Origin: Octopus bimaculoides
Lineage: Eukaryota
Direction: 5' to 3'
NCBI RefSeq assembly: GCF_001194135.2
Contig: NC_068988.1
Span: 4,749,115-4,813,114, forward strand
DNA: 64,000 bases
The notes under the pieces are model-generated. The model did not search any database and had not been told where the DNA came from. It saw only the letters and a program-made list of their open reading frames with translations. The translations under genes were made by a program, and so were the position numbers. This document shows, piece after piece, positions 27,499-42,716 of this stretch. The stretch's first letter is position 1. The number at the start of each line of letters is the position of its first letter.

Positions 27499-30400
27499 TG
27501 TATACATGATGCGGAAAAGGAGTTAACTACTCCGAAATGCAAGCTCCTATTAGTATGGCTAGGGATTGCTTTTAACTGACTTGGCGTGTTTACACTTATC
27601 TGTCTACAGCGAGAAATTTTCTCCATGATAAACTACAGTAAATGGCTTTCTAACGTGCTTAAAGATGCCTCGAGCTTATTTGATAAGGTAACAAGATTTT
27701 GCATATATATANNNNNNNNNNNNNNNNNNNNNNNNNNNNNNNNNNNNNNNNNNNNNNNNNNNNNNNNNNNNNNNNNNNNNNNNNNNNNNNNNNNNNNNNN
27801 NNNNNNNNNNNNNNNNNNNNNNNNNNNNNNNNNNNNNNNNNNNNNNNNNNNNNNNNNNNNNNNNNNNNNNNNNNNNNNNNNNNNNNNNNNNNNNNNNNNN
27901 NNNNNNNNNNNNNNNNNNNNNNNNNNNNNNNNNNNNNNNNNNNNNNNNNNNNNNNNNNNNATATATAAGTCAAAAATACATTGCAAGATATTTAGGATGT
28001 CGAAGATGATTTTGTGGATATTGACGGAAGTGGGTGTGCTGGGATGACAAGTTTCAGGTCCAAAGTGGTTGCCTCTTACTGTAGCGTGTTTCCAAAGATT
28101 AATATATGTTACTAGAGAGATAGTGAGAGGGAAAGAGAGAGAGAGGAAGACAGAAAGTCTTATTGAACATAAGGGCTATTTCTGGGATGCATTCTTGACA
28201 GTTATTCAGTATGTCAGACTGAGGTATCAAACCTGGAACACTACGGTTGCGAAACGAACTTCTTAACCATACAACCATAGATGCAACCATTATAGCTTTA
28301 AATAAGTTCCACTTAATAGTGAACAGCTGAGAATTTTATTGTAAGTAGACAATTAGAGACCGTTATCACATAGCCATTTACTTCTTTAGCTACAAGTATT
28401 TTCTTAATAGCATGCGACACGCGTTTTAATTTCATTATTCAATTCTCTACATTCTATAATTGAATTTATGTTGATAAACAAAAAGATTTTTAACATAAAA
28501 AGAAAGTTTTGTTTCTCATTATTTAATTGTGGTTTTAATGAAATTCTGCGTTTATACTTAATGAATTTAATATGATCAAAATTCCATTTGCCTTTTGAAA
28601 AAATTGTTTTTTTAATTTTTTTATTTATTTTTGGAGAGTACTATACACTTTTGTTTTCTACATGAATATTTCTGGCAAATTTTCAAATATGTTTTCTTTT
28701 CAAGTAAATGCTTACCTGTTTAGTAGGATAAAGTTTAATAACCTACCTAACCACAGCTTTGTGATGAATAGCAACAGCACAATATACCGTTCCAAACACT
28801 TAGAATATTGCAAAATACTGGGTTTTGTTAACAATTCTCTTTATGTTTATTAATTTCCCCCTTTATCCTAATATTCACATTTTCAATTAACAATCTCACA
28901 AGAGTTTCGGAAGCAGTATTACCACACGGAATTTTACCAATAAAGTTATTTTGACAAGCTCATAAAAATCGCTTTTTTCAACGTTAAACGCATTAAATTT
29001 TCGCAGTGTCATCATCTCTGCAATGACGTCAAAGTTTATTCCGAACAAAATTGTTATTTACCCATACAACAGCAAGCATCATCCAGTTTATCAAAATAAT
29101 TTCAACATAATGCAGTATTCTAAAACCGAACTAACCGTTTTCGTTTATAAATAATCACCAAAATTCTTGCAGTTGGAATCAGTAAAATCACAATTATATA
29201 AATTGCTTGATATAATTAAGCCACAGTGAAAAAGTAATGTCTGCAATGTACAAAAACAACGTCGCGGCTAACGTTGAGTTAGATTTGCTGTTTTATAGCA
29301 CAACGCATTGACTAAATTTCTACATTGCCATTGTAATACATTATTGGGCCATTTTATTCAAATGCTTATACATATGTTATGTATTTACAGAGAATCATAC
29401 GGCCAACACTACCGTATCATACAGGAACGAAAGAAAACAACGCTTCAAGTGGGATAAACATTATTTGATATTATGTAAAACATGTTTTTATACACACTTT
29501 CAAAGTATTTACTTATATATTCATTATTTACATATATATATTTCTCTATCCATCTCTTGGCACAATATGATCTTATAACAGAAAATTCTTTCTTCTTTTC
29601 TTTATAAATTAATCAGTAGTGCTTCACTCATATTGAATGTCTAAACCAAAATAAATTTTTTAAAAATTACTAGAAAGATCGAAATTACTGACATTACATG
29701 GAATTTTCTGAGAAAATGTAACATAGAGTAGTATGTTTTTTTTTTAACTTCTTTCCTTATTGTGTCATCAAGTTCCTTTCTGCTAGTTATAGGTGCTTCT
29801 TTGTAGCTCACCGCCATCATTCATCGCAAGTCGCTGTCTGTTCCCAGGCAATTATACTGTCATCAACTCCATTTAAATATGGCTTCGTGTATATCATTAT
29901 TAGGAAGATCAAAGCACCCTCTACGAAGTCTACCACATTTCAACTCACTGAAATTTGGCAACGTTCCTTGGGAACCAAGGATCATCTATATTAATCACTC
30001 AATGGAACTTCATCTCCAGCAACAATGCCGAATGCTAGGCATATTGTCCATGTGGGTGTAAAGAAGCTTTTCAGATGAAGATGGTGTTTTGCTCTGAAAT
30101 ATTCATTAGCGATTGCAAATAGCATAACTGATGGGTTTATCGAGCTGTCCATGGCAATTGTAATATTGGAACGGAACGATTATGAAACGTTGATCCATAT
30201 ATTAGGTCGTTTCAGGATATGACAACTTAATTCAAATACAGAAAAATATACTGGAACTATGCACAACTTATCAACTAGTTGTGACCAACAACTTCCTGAA
30301 AAGTACACTTACGGTAACTCCATTCAGTCGCTACAATAGCATTGTAAACATAAGGCAGAGTCTGATAGCTCAAGTTTACAAAATTGTAGCCTTCCTGAGA

Positions 30401-32998
30401 ACAAATTCAGAATTCTGGAAGCAGAGGTTTAATGTTTTCGTATATTTCCGAATATTTCCGACCATTCCTGAAACGACTCGGAGACACACTCCTATTAAAC
30501 CACTTATTATGCTTGACTTATATACTCGAGTACAATGACACCCCTCCACACACACGTACATATACCCACAAATATGCATACTCACATAATTTACAAATAT
30601 GTGTATATAGATTTATGTATATGTAGATTTGTGTGCGTGTGCGTGTGTGTGTGTGCATACATATGTCTTTGCGTGCACTCAAAACTAAGACCGTGATCAA
30701 CTCGAAAGACAAACCGAGAATAGTTTGATACAAAAAGGGGAGAGAAGAAGCCAAATGGCCGCTCTCCGATTTCCTCTCCTGCGTAGATCAATTGTGCCCT
30801 ACTCAAGCGATATAAAAGAGTGAATTCGGGGCAGTGTATGGAAGAAAGATTAAAGAGATAGACGGGATGCCTTGCAGTCTCCGTGTTGGCTCATTTTCTT
30901 TCTAGTGACAACTCCTACGATGACACTGCTGCCGAGCCCTACTTCTTTCTTGGACATCCTCAGTGCCATAAGAAACTAGGATACATGGGCAACACAAAGT
31001 TTTCCACAAAGATCTTGCCCACGCTTACGCTTTCCAAAGGAATTTTCCAGATGCAAAACTCCTGGCCCGCCATTACTGAATGGGGATCTACGTTTGCATA
31101 TACAAACTTGGACTTAAGTTTATATGTAATTTTTATACGTATGGATGTTTGTAAATGTATAGTATATAGGGAAGTAGATGCATGAAGTAATATATCAAAT
31201 ACTTCCATAACAATATGACATGCTTAATAGAAATAAATATTATTTCGATTTGCATAAAATGTGCAAGTGTTTACACGTTTTGGTATCAATGAATTTATAT
31301 GACTTTATAGGATTCTGTGTGATCCTGTTCGCAATTGTTTCTATTTCGATGTTCAAAGCGTAAATTGCTATCATTATTATAATATTCTACTAAACGTATA
31401 AACTTGTTGTTATTAACAAAGAAACTCGCGGCTAATTTCATTTCGTAGAGTTATAGCAATTATATGGCAGGTTTAACAGTGCCACTTAAGATCAAACAAA
31501 ATTATGAATTTCATAACGTATCGGTTATGTAGTGTTTAACTAAGCGTTACTAGTCCACAAATGTTTGATTTAAAGCTGAAACCAACCAACAGTCTCCGTA
31601 GTACTTAAGAACATAGGATTAAACATTCTATTATACAACTCTTACATTTATCACGTGTCCTGCTTTCTCTTTTAATGTTTTCGTTCTGTGCAAATAATGG
31701 ATATTTTGTTACTTAGAGTATGCGTGTAAATATGAAAGTGCGGAAAACGATTATAAAGCTTGTAAATGTATACAATGAAAACACTAGTTTCACGTAAAGA
31801 CATTTAAGGGATTTCGTTATTCAAACACATTTTAAATGGGTTCATTTGTCAATATTTATGAAGCAGATATTCTGTAAAAATATACCTTTTCACCCTTCGA
31901 TACTAAATAGAAGGATATTTGATTGAAAAAGAAAATAGGAACTGAAATAACACCAATATATTTTTTCAGACAAATTTGTTTAAGTCAACGTTTGCTTAAT
32001 ACTGTGATGTCGTTGAAAGATCATCCTTAAAGCGACTAAGCATTAAAGCTGTCGACATTAATGTCGTACAGAGTTACTTAAGATCTTGTTTAGAAATTGC
32101 ATCAGATACAAAAGATAAACGTTCTACCTAACATCATTAGTTGCATCGTCGGAGAACCAGTTTTAATTTAAACCTATATCAATAGGGATATCTAGATGCA
32201 AAGAGCATTATTTATGTGCTAGTTTTGTGATCTGCTCTTTAATCAGACACAGGAAAAGTACCATTTGTTGATACGGAGTGTCTTTCAAACGTTCCTAGCG
32301 TAATAAGAAATGATAATATACGAAGTTATATTCTAGGTAGCGTTCTTTTCTTCGCTGTTATGGCTACAGTGTTTCAGCTGTTGTAATTTTAAGTCTACTT
32401 TCAAGGATTCACGTTGTCGGTAACGTTCACAAACTTTTTAACACAACTCCTATTGTAATCACTCAATGGCAACAGGGAAAGTTGTTCTCTTTCTGCTGTT
32501 AATGCAAGAGGTTTCTTTTCCCATATGTCTGATTATTCGTCTTACTTCAACCAGAATATACAGATTCACTGATAAAGGGATTAGGCGATCAAATGACATC
32601 ACAAGTACGAGGATAACTAATGAGGGAAATATCGCTGGTATTGAGAGTGATATGAGAACACTCTAAACTCGGACAAGAAATGAAAGATTCGGGGCGAAAT
32701 TTCGAGAAAGTTACCCAACAAACAAACAACTAAAGGTGGGAAAAAGTTCTTTGATTATAACAGTTTTAAATATATCAATATATAATAATGTTAATTCCTC
32801 TTCAATTCAAATAAAAAATTTGTGAGAAACGTGTCTGCATGTTCCATTGGAAACTTGTTATCACTGGGGTTATGTGAAAATATTTAATATATAAATACGA
32901 TAGATGAGATTAATAACGAAGTCTAAAATTAATGGGAATTAATATTGAAGTTTAAATAATGAGGGAAATGCATTTCTATCTTCTCCCCTCTCTTTCGC

Positions 32999-33063
<65 letters not shown>

Positions 33064-33716
33064 CTCCTTTATTTCTCTGTCTTTATCACTCTTTGTCTGA
33101 AGTATTCCATTAACGCAATCACTTTGATATGATAGAAATTTGAAAAAGGGTAAAAATATCAATATTGGAAAACTGCAATAACTACGAAGTAGAAGGTGCA
33201 AACGAATAAATATTAGGTGGAAATGAAACCGAATATTGAATTCTAAACAATATGCATGACAGATTTTAAAGTACAAGGACTATAAACATTCAAAAGATTC
33301 CAGAATAAAATAGCTTTATGTATGAGACATAACTCCTGCAACCACTTAAACTTAGGGTTGTGGATCAGCAAGTCTCTACACAGAGAATTCTAGTTTTACA
33401 ATTGAACTGATGCTAATATGGCGGAACTATTCAATTTCCGAAATGTGCAACTGTAAAAATAAAACTTATGTCAGTTTTTAAAAAATCTCTTATCAAGAAA
33501 ATGAATTTTGATAAAAATGCAGGAAATATAAGAAATAACATTTTCGTTTAAGATATACAAAATATTTTGGAAATGTTTATTCTTGTTTCTTTGACTTCTC
33601 TCAGTATTGCAAATTCTTTAAAATTAGATTCTACTGTATGCAACGCTACAATTTATTTTATATCAGAAAATATACCAATAAAATGAAGAACAGATTCAAG
33701 AAAATATTATGTCTAG

Positions 33717-33830
33717 TGTTGTTGTTGTTGTTGATGTTGTTGTTTTTGTTATTGTTGTTGTTTTTTGTTGTTGCTGTTGTTGCAATTGTTTTTATTGTTG
33801 TTGCTGTTGTTGTTGTTGTTGCTGGTGGTG
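33717..33830. repeat. Imperfect (GTT)n microsatellite
   Basis: Directly visible. Confidence 0.92.
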
Positions 33831-35580
33831 TTTCAACCCTGGCCAACCCTGATTGGGCAGACTTAGGCATTCCAGCCATAATCTGTCCGTGTTCTTCACG
33901 GCATCGAAGATGACATTATCCAATTTAGTATTTCCTTACAGAAGATGGTGGGTTGTGATTTGAGAGTGATTTGGCTACCATTTCTTGTAAGTCGAGCAAC
34001 AAAATCTCTCTGATGGTCTCATAATATGTGATGTTATTTAACTTGGTTATTTCGACTCTTCCGTTTGAAATGATTTTGTGAAATATTAGGTTTTACTGAT
34101 TGAAAGAATGGCATATCATAAAATTACCCACGATTCTTCTAAGTTAATGAGTAATACCAATTAAATAACAAAGTAAATAATAACCTAAAAACTCCATATA
34201 TGGATGGGCCATAAATTGTAAATGAGTCTGTAATTCCTTTCTCAGGAAATAAACGTTATTGAAATTTTAAGAGAATGCTAAGCAACGTAAGGAAAGTCGA
34301 TATCAAGGAGATTCATTTAACCTCTTTAAACAACAGAAGCTCTTGAGGGCGTCTCTAACCATTTGTGTATTCCAAATTGAATCTGATAAAGGTTCGGCAA
34401 ATTAATTTTTCTCTTTAACCTTAAATTAATCAGGGTAGAAGCTTCCAAGCAAAGTTTGAAGGATTTTCCGAGAATGGAATACAAGCAAAAGGTCTAGCCA
34501 CATAAATTATGTTAGTTTAACTAAGACGACATGGTGAAGAATTTTATGGTCAGTGCAATGACTAATTGAATATAAATGTGATTGCGACCCTCGCATAGGA
34601 AACAGATCCAAAATTGGTGCAAATCGATCTGTTCCATAACAACCAGTTGCTGCATCATCAAACATGTATCTGAGGCAGACAGAACTCGCAAATGGATAGA
34701 AGCTTCATCTAAGGTGATATCAATTATCGTGAATGTATGTTTAGCAACAATATTTAAAACCAATTCTGTTTTTATATGAAAGAGAAACTAAAGTAATTCA
34801 TACCTCATTCAATCTATGTTATTAAGGAATTATATTTCTCATGCCAATAAAATCTTACAGCATATAATTTACATATGGCTAACACATTAACATAAATGAT
34901 GAGATTTTAAATCAGTAGATGTATCATCAAAATATAAAGTCAAATACGTTAACATAAAATTAATGACTAATTTGTTATATTTGCATACAATTCCGTTTTA
35001 AAACATTATTTATTGTTATAATTTTGCAAACATTTTTATAGTGTTGTCTATTTTTGTGATATGTCAGCAAAATGCAAATATACAGATAATTAATCTCTTC
35101 AGCAGAAATGATGACATGGCTTAATTTGGAGTCTGTATTTCCCAGTTATTGACATTCGACTATTTATAGTAGGATATGAAATATTAGCAGAGTAAATTAT
35201 ATTTTCTATATTAAATTTTATCAGATATTAAAATATCAGTTATTGCTATATTGGAAGAATGTACGAATGCATAATCGTAGACAAGAATGATGGAGAAATT
35301 TAATCATCGCTTGGACAAGAGCAAAGGTTGCATCCTTAACTTTTTCAGAGACCTTATTATTGATGGGAAGGGGTGAAGAAAAAAGGTACCTCAAGTTGAT
35401 GACAGATCTCACTGTTTAAAACAGGGTGAATGCTTCCGCTAAAGATAGATCAGGGCCAGGTAACGAAGTCTATCATCCAGTGAAGTTCCGCAAGATTCAG
35501 AATACAAATGGATGGAAAAAATACCGCAAGGCATAATTTTGTCCGACAATTTAATATTTAATGCCAATCCGACACGTTTG

Positions 35581-35665
35581 ACTTTTACTTTATTTTATCG
35601 ACCCCATAAGGATGGGAGGTAGTTTCACTTCGTTGGGATTTGAAATTAGATGTTTGAAATGTGAC
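35581..35665 (-). mobile_element. Short SINE fragment
   Basis: The reverse complement ttcaaatcccaacgaagtgaaactacctcccatccttatggggtcgataaaataaag matches the B box plus body of the family. Confidence 0.5.
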
Positions 35666-36783
35666 AAAACACAACACTATTCTGACTTTTGAAACTGAAA
35701 ATTGTCGTTTCCCTTCATTAATATCGATGTGAAACTATTGTATGAAATCCCAAACTATGAGAGGCCGAAAGAAATTACTTGCGCTGTAAGTTTCAATGTA
35801 AACGTGATTTGATCAAGTAGACGTATTCGATTGCTAGTTTTATTTTTTTAAATCCTTTTAGTCAAATACTTTTTTTAGTAACATCGAAAACGAATTGATG
35901 TGATATTTTTTCTCTCTGGGGTACAACATCTGATAAAATAATAAATTAAAATATTTTAACTCAGGCCTCCCTACCAACAAACTTCCAACCATGCCCTCTT
36001 AGCAAACAATGAGCGACTTTCCTTTGTTTCTGAAAACCATTACAGAACTATCTGCGATGATCAGCAAACAATGATTTGCCGGCGACACTCGATGGAATTA
36101 GTGAAATGTACCGTTTATTACTTAAATGTGTCATCAATGTCTCTTCATAATTGAATTATCGCACTCACTTCCCAGCAACACACGGTGATTGTTATGAACA
36201 TTACAACAAACAACTCTAAACTAGCGTTGCTGAAGAGTAACAGCCATAAACATTGAGAGTTGTATCCCTTGTTCGTTCGACCAAAGAATAAGTTTAGTTA
36301 ACCCTAAAGTATTATTATTAATCATTACGCTCCCCACATCTAACCCTGCTCTGGTTATTCCTGATTTTGATAAAATTAAGAATAATCAGATTCACATTCT
36401 TATTTCATAAATGTTTCCAGTAAGTCTACGTAAATAAATTATCAATTAATTTCACTTCCCAGCCCCATTTCATGATTTTCGATGACCATTCTCTCTAGCA
36501 AATCCATTGACGTAGTGCCAGCGAGATAAGCAAAATACTTCACTTCCATTGGCAGACATCAATATGGCACAGAAACGTTTAGAGCCAAGAAATATGTTCT
36601 CTTAATCAGGCTATTGAATCTTACTGGGGTTTATGATATTAAAAACATTTCAAAAACCTCCTTTTCATTGCTTAAATATTTCTTGCATTGACCCTGAATT
36701 AACTCATATCTCCGTTTCCTCACCGAGTCCCTCTACTTAAAGAGACCGTTCCTTCCAAATCCCTCACTAGCGTCCGTCTCTGT

Positions 36784-36786
<3 letters not shown>

Positions 36787-36827
<41 letters not shown>

Positions 36828-36851
36828 ATATATATATATGTGTGTGTGTGT

Positions 36852-36947
<96 letters not shown>
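36787..36947. repeat. (CT)n-(TA)n-(TG)n compound microsatellite
   Basis: Directly visible. Confidence 0.95.
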
Positions 36948-36949
<2 letters not shown>

Positions 36950-37710
36950 ATATAATTTCGTATGTCTAATGTGTGTCGATGTGCGTGGATTTACTGGTCC
37001 CTGGACACCTATGTGTGTGTGTGAGTATGTACGTGCGTGCGTGCGTGAGAGTGTGTGCGTGCGTGAGAGTGTATCCCTGTGTGTATGTGTGTGTGTGTTG
37101 ATATGAGCTTATACATGCTATTTTTTGTGCTTCCTTGCCTTCCTGAAACCTGTATGTGCATTGCTTACTCCACGTTGTAACTTTTGTTTTCTGTTTTGCA
37201 ACCACCTACCCACTTCTCTCAAAATCCCATACACATCCTTCCCAATAAATAACAACCCCTTAATCCCTCAAAGGGTCCCTGTGTTACTCACTTTCTCACA
37301 ATAAACTCCAATCTATACACCACTTACTTATCCACAATTTGTGTTTCAAACAAAAACTACTTCAGTCGAAACTTCAAACTTTTCCCTCTTTATTCGTTGC
37401 TATTTCATTGAGAAATCCTTTTAACCCAGATATTTTATGACCAAAATTTTTCCCTTCTCGGATGTAACTCGCGCGCGCAAGCACTACACACATACACACA
37501 GACGGACACACACGCACATACACGCTCAAAGTAATACACATAAACAACATACACGAATACATGCACATATATGTAAACATACAAGTGTATATATGTGCCT
37601 ATTTGTGTATATAGACATATATAGATACATGTGTATACATATACATATATAAATGAATATATGTATATATATGCATATATATATATATATATATACATAT
37701 TATATATATG

Positions 37711-37767
<57 letters not shown>

Positions 37768-38160
37768 NNNNNNNNNNNNNNNNNNNNNNNNNNNNNNNNN
37801 NNNNNNNNNNNNNNNNNNNNNNNNNNNNNNNNNNNNNNNNNNNNNNNNNNNNNNNNNNNNNNNNNNNNNNNNNNNNNNNNNNNNNNNNNNNNNNNNNNNN
37901 NNNNNNNNNNNNNNNNNNNNNNNNNNNNNNNNNNNNNNNNNNNNNNNNNNNNNNNNNNNNNNNNNNNNNNNNNNNNNNNNNNNNNNNNNNNNNNNNNNNN
38001 NNNNNNNNNNNNNNNNNNNNNNNNNNNNNNNNNNNNNNNNNNNNNNNNNNNNNNNNNNNNNNNNNNNNNNNNNNNNNNNNNNNNNNNNNNNNNNNNNNNN
38101 NNNNNNNNNNNNNNNNNNNNNNNNNNNNNNNNNNNNNNATTACAAACATCAGCATAGCAG

Positions 38161-38165
<5 letters not shown>

Positions 38166-38204
<39 letters not shown>

Positions 38205-38226
38205 GAGCAACAATAACTACAACAGC

Positions 38227-38283
<57 letters not shown>
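38166..38283. repeat. Interrupted (AAT)n microsatellite
   Basis: Directly visible. Confidence 0.95.
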
Positions 38284-38284
<1 letters not shown>

Positions 38285-38383
38285 GCTAAACTGAAAATAA
38301 AACTAATGACTGTATTCGTAACTTAAAGAAATGAAATAAATAGCAGGCATACATACTGGAAAATATTGCTTGTACGTTCTTAC

Positions 38384-38484
38384 CAATGGGCGTAGACGGT
38401 GGAGATGTATCTGGCTCCGGTAAGATAGTCGGTCCAAAAGACGGCATATCCGCCTTTTCGCGCTCCGCCGTCAGATGCTTTCGC
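38384..38484 (-). CDS. Receptor PTP-like gene, exon 11 (101 nt, phase 2->1): juxtamembrane cytoplasmic segment, (R)RKHLTAEREKADMPSFGPTILPEPDTSPPSTPI
   Basis: GC-rich island in AT-rich DNA. Acceptor ttttaattccgatttcag, donor gtaaga. In frame with exon 10. Confidence 0.9.
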
Positions 38485-39387
38485 CTGAAATCGGAATTAA
38501 AAGCATGTTAGCTTTAATTACATATTAATTTTAATTACAATATACTTGTGCTCTGTAAGGACCAGCAAGTCAAAGAATAGTCCCAAAATTTCCTCCGAGT
38601 ATTGACAGAGACTGAGGTAGGATTTGTTTTTAGACCGTGGGAAAACCATCAGCAGCAAAGACAACCCAAACAAATCCATAGGTTGGAGGGTTGTTGCCTC
38701 GGGTGTTTATAGTTCAAAGATGTCATCCACCAGGAGTAAGTGATGTTTACAGCATTAGTCAAACTATACTTTTAGTGGCATGGCTCGATTTATAACGAGC
38801 AATATTTAATAACAACTGAAGCTACAAAAATATACCCCATCCTGGTCTAAACTTTATTACTGGAAACATTATGTAAAACGTTCACCCATTCCGTGTCTGA
38901 AAACTCTTTATTGCTGGTGGTCAGATTTCCTTAGCAGATGTGAAATGCATTTCACCCTGGATGAGAAATTTGTCAACGGCAACTAACTTATCTCATGAGA
39001 AATATTGAAGTATTGCAAGCCAATGAAATAATAAATTCCAGACTAGAATCTGCTGCTTAGAGGATTGAAGTAATTTACCACCAGCAGTGGATACTTTGAC
39101 AACAACGTAAAACTACTGACAGCTGCAGTTATCTGATATATTATCGCTCTTGGCATATGAATTACTTAGAAAAGGGATTTAACTCATTGTGATTTCTGAA
39201 ATGACAGTGTCCTGAAAATAGTGCCTAAATTTTATTTTAATTTTTCGAAAACACGCGCAAGCACACACACACACACACACACACAGTCCAAGTTTCCAAT
39301 ATTTGGCTAAGACAGTATTCGCTCAGAATAATAAATCTAAGCTTAAATGCATAAAATAAAAATTGCCAATAAGCTGGAATATCTTAC

Positions 39388-39499
39388 CTCCATATCATAA
39401 GTAAAATGGCGAAAGTAATGATGAGGAAAACGAATACGACGATGACACCAATAATAACTGATATATGACTGCTTGGAGACACAGAATCGACTCTTCGCA
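39388..39499 (-). CDS. Receptor PTP-like gene, exon 10 (112 nt, phase 1->2): stalk plus transmembrane helix, (M)RRVDSVSPSSHISVIIGVIVVFVFLIITFAILLMIW
   Basis: Not in the ORF track. Acceptor ttcttttatttttgttccag, donor gtaaga. About 24 hydrophobic residues followed by a basic stop-transfer RRK across the next junction. Confidence 0.92.
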
Positions 39500-41820
39500 C
39501 TGGAACAAAAATAAAAGAACAGAAATTTAAAAAAAAGATATTTTCATTCTCAGTCTATAAAATAGAACAAGTAGAAAATGAAAACATTAATAGAAATGTA
39601 ATACAATTATCTATGAAAGTATTTCCTTTTTACATCTTTGCAGAGAATAAAAGAAATGATAATAATGATATTTTACCAATCTTTCTAAAATTTCCTTATC
39701 TTCTTTCTTCTTGTTTGGTCAAAATCATTTTAGCAGTTTAGCAACATTTCAAATATTTGGAATTTATATATTTTGTTTCATTGTGTCGTTCAAAATTATA
39801 CATACGAAGAAATAAATATGAATGAACTACGAAAGTTTTTATAATAAACATTGCATAAATATTTCATTTGAAAGGATGGGTGAAGTTCAATGGAATCATA
39901 TTTGTCATATCTCAACCAATATTTCTTTTATTTTTGTACATTGACTTCACTTAGCACCGGGACGTTCATAAAATCTTCTTGAAAGAAAAACAAATTCTAA
40001 GTTGAATCTAGTTTAGCAGACTTATAAATCTGTAGAGGAGATTTTGAAATGATGAGGTAAAATGTAGGATTAAAATGCGCGGCGTTCGAGATTCACTTTG
40101 ATATCATTTGTTTCTTCCATCTCACATTCAAATATCTTTTTACACATATACACACACGCACAAATATGCACAGAAAATCCTTTCGTACTCATGGGCCGTT
40201 TGTCACATGGTCTTGAAACCTGCTTCTTTAAATTTTACATTACAAGCTAAGAACTTAGTGTCAGATATAGTGATGCTATGCCGAGGTCCTTACCCATAAA
40301 TAAATATCGATTTGAGCAAAGATATGTAAATATTGATTTTTGGAGCGTGGCAAAAGATATATCAAATTCAAAATATTTTTTTATACCACGATAAGCAGAA
40401 ACAACTGCGAAATATCGATATCTCTCACTCTCGTTCATTTCAGGGAGCTTCGTTTTGCCTGGCTTCGAAATATACTGTGCTTTTTAACAGTCCACCTCTT
40501 TAAAAGGATTTTCTTCGTATGAAAAACCGTAGCCTCAAAGCATTTCACAACATACGTACATTATGTATGACGTTGATAATGTTTACATTACAAAGCTGCT
40601 TCTAATGCAAAATTTTAATTATCTCCATATATTTTTTGAGGTATGTCATATTCTCGAGGCCTACTAAATGACCATAGCTCAAAGCTCATCTACTGCCCAA
40701 TTACTTTTTCTAATGCTCTTTCGTAAACCCACGCCGAATTATTCTTTTGTGCTTCATTCATTCACCTCCTTCTTGCACACATTCCCCACATTACTATAAC
40801 ATATTTTACCACACCTAATAGCCGAATACAACTTACCCTATATTTATTTATTTACTTAATTATTTACTTCTTAAATAAAGCAACACTCGAAATGGCTTAT
40901 CTTAAAGTTCAGTTATTGTCCAGTGACCTTTTGCACACAACAATAACTCTACATAGCAGGACACCTACTACGACTGCTGCTGTGGCACACCACATCACCC
41001 ACTGTTATTATCTATCTTTACCAACAACAGTAACCATCAATATTTTCTGTCACAAAACAACAAAATGCCGTGAAGGTATGTCTCAAACGACGTCTCAGCT
41101 TTCTTCTGTGGGACAAGCAATCACAGACATATGATATATCAATTTAATGGAAGCGCAGAAACATGCGATACGAAAAAGAAGCAGAGGAATAGGCTGAAAA
41201 GAAGACTCTTTTTCTCCTAATGCATATAGAGACAAGCCGCAATGCGATTATACATACAAATACACACAGAGACACTGTGTGCGCGCGCGTACGTGTATGT
41301 TCTATAATCTCTTGTACACTTGAGGTGTGAAGACATTTCATGCAGAATAGCATAAATGTGAATTAGTAAATAACAGGAAACTATTTAAAGCCAATGTTTC
41401 ATGTTGTGTCTTTCTTTCCCAACATTTTTTAACGAAAAATTAGTGTTCCGTTGCAAGGCATTCCTTTACAAGATTTTGTATAAAATAGAATTCATAAATT
41501 TATTTTCATATAACATTCCGCCTGACTTGACGAATGAGTGGCCAAAATACACTCTGTAAATTTAAAATAACCCTGATTGTCGTATATACAAGTAACATAG
41601 ATCAGCTTTTTCATAAAACATAGACGTATGAAGTCTAATAATCTCTCTTATATCAGATCAAGGTTAACTGTTTAAATAAAGTTTTATAGAAGTCCTGTGA
41701 TATTTCATAAGTAGATGCCATTTAAGCTGATGTCTACAGTAAAATATCAACATAAATACAGACATCTATGTTATATATTATATGAATGTGTAGCATAATG
41801 GTATACATATGTTCCTCTCC

Positions 41821-41864
<44 letters not shown>

Positions 41865-42683
41865 ATGTGTGTGTGTATATGATGAGCCACAGATTTTATA
41901 CGTATATGACGCATGTATGTATGTATGTATGTATATATATATATATATATATAACTCCGACGATGCTATATATTTTGTTTTATTAGTGTTTTTAATAATG
42001 CCATTAAGTAGCAAAGTCTTCTACTATGTTCACTTATAGCAGATCATATATGTTAGCAGAGAGTCTGCTTATGTTTTAAAGCCAAATATGGTCATATTCA
42101 ATATATCAGCACTTAAAATAAAAAATCTAAAGAATATCCCCAGTGTACAATCACAAGTTATAAGATATGTAAGGTAAAAATATAAATTAAAATCCGCGGT
42201 TTGTGTCCCACTTTTGAGCTTTTCTTGCATACGTTTGAAAACAATAATAACAGCTTTGAAAAAAAAACAGGACAATTATATATTTATCATAGTTTTCATG
42301 TTCAAAAGCGAATTTTGATAATACCAAGATAGCACAAACTATTACAAAACCTTAAACACAAGGATGCATAAACTGACCACTTCGTTCCATTCATGGTTTT
42401 TTTGGGGGTTTTTTGCCAATTTATATACCAGACCCTACTGGTGATAATAAGTGTCGCAGGTGTAGATAAATGACACTACTTAGTTCAACAGCAGCTACGA
42501 CAATGATTAGTCACCGAAACACTTTGATGGGCAAGCAGGTAATTTGTGATAAAGCATATTTGAGGTCCTTCAGATTTTAAAAATTTAATTTAGATATAAA
42601 TTCGTGGCACCGCTTACTATTGAGTCATTGTGCACACCCAGTGACTAAATACCAAGCTTAGAGTAAGTAAAATAGTAAGGTGT

Positions 42684-42716
<33 letters not shown>

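Noticed and set aside
29880-30100. Possible RT motifs (VP..IIYIN, cttttcagatga resembling FADD).
   Set aside because: Too decayed to support by eye; needs a profile search.
40892-41134. The minus strand WVMWCATAAVVVGVLLCRVIVVCKR looked like the TM exon.
   Set aside because: In-frame stops lie immediately upstream and there is no usable acceptor; the true TM exon at 39388-39499 has strong splice sites and the correct phases.
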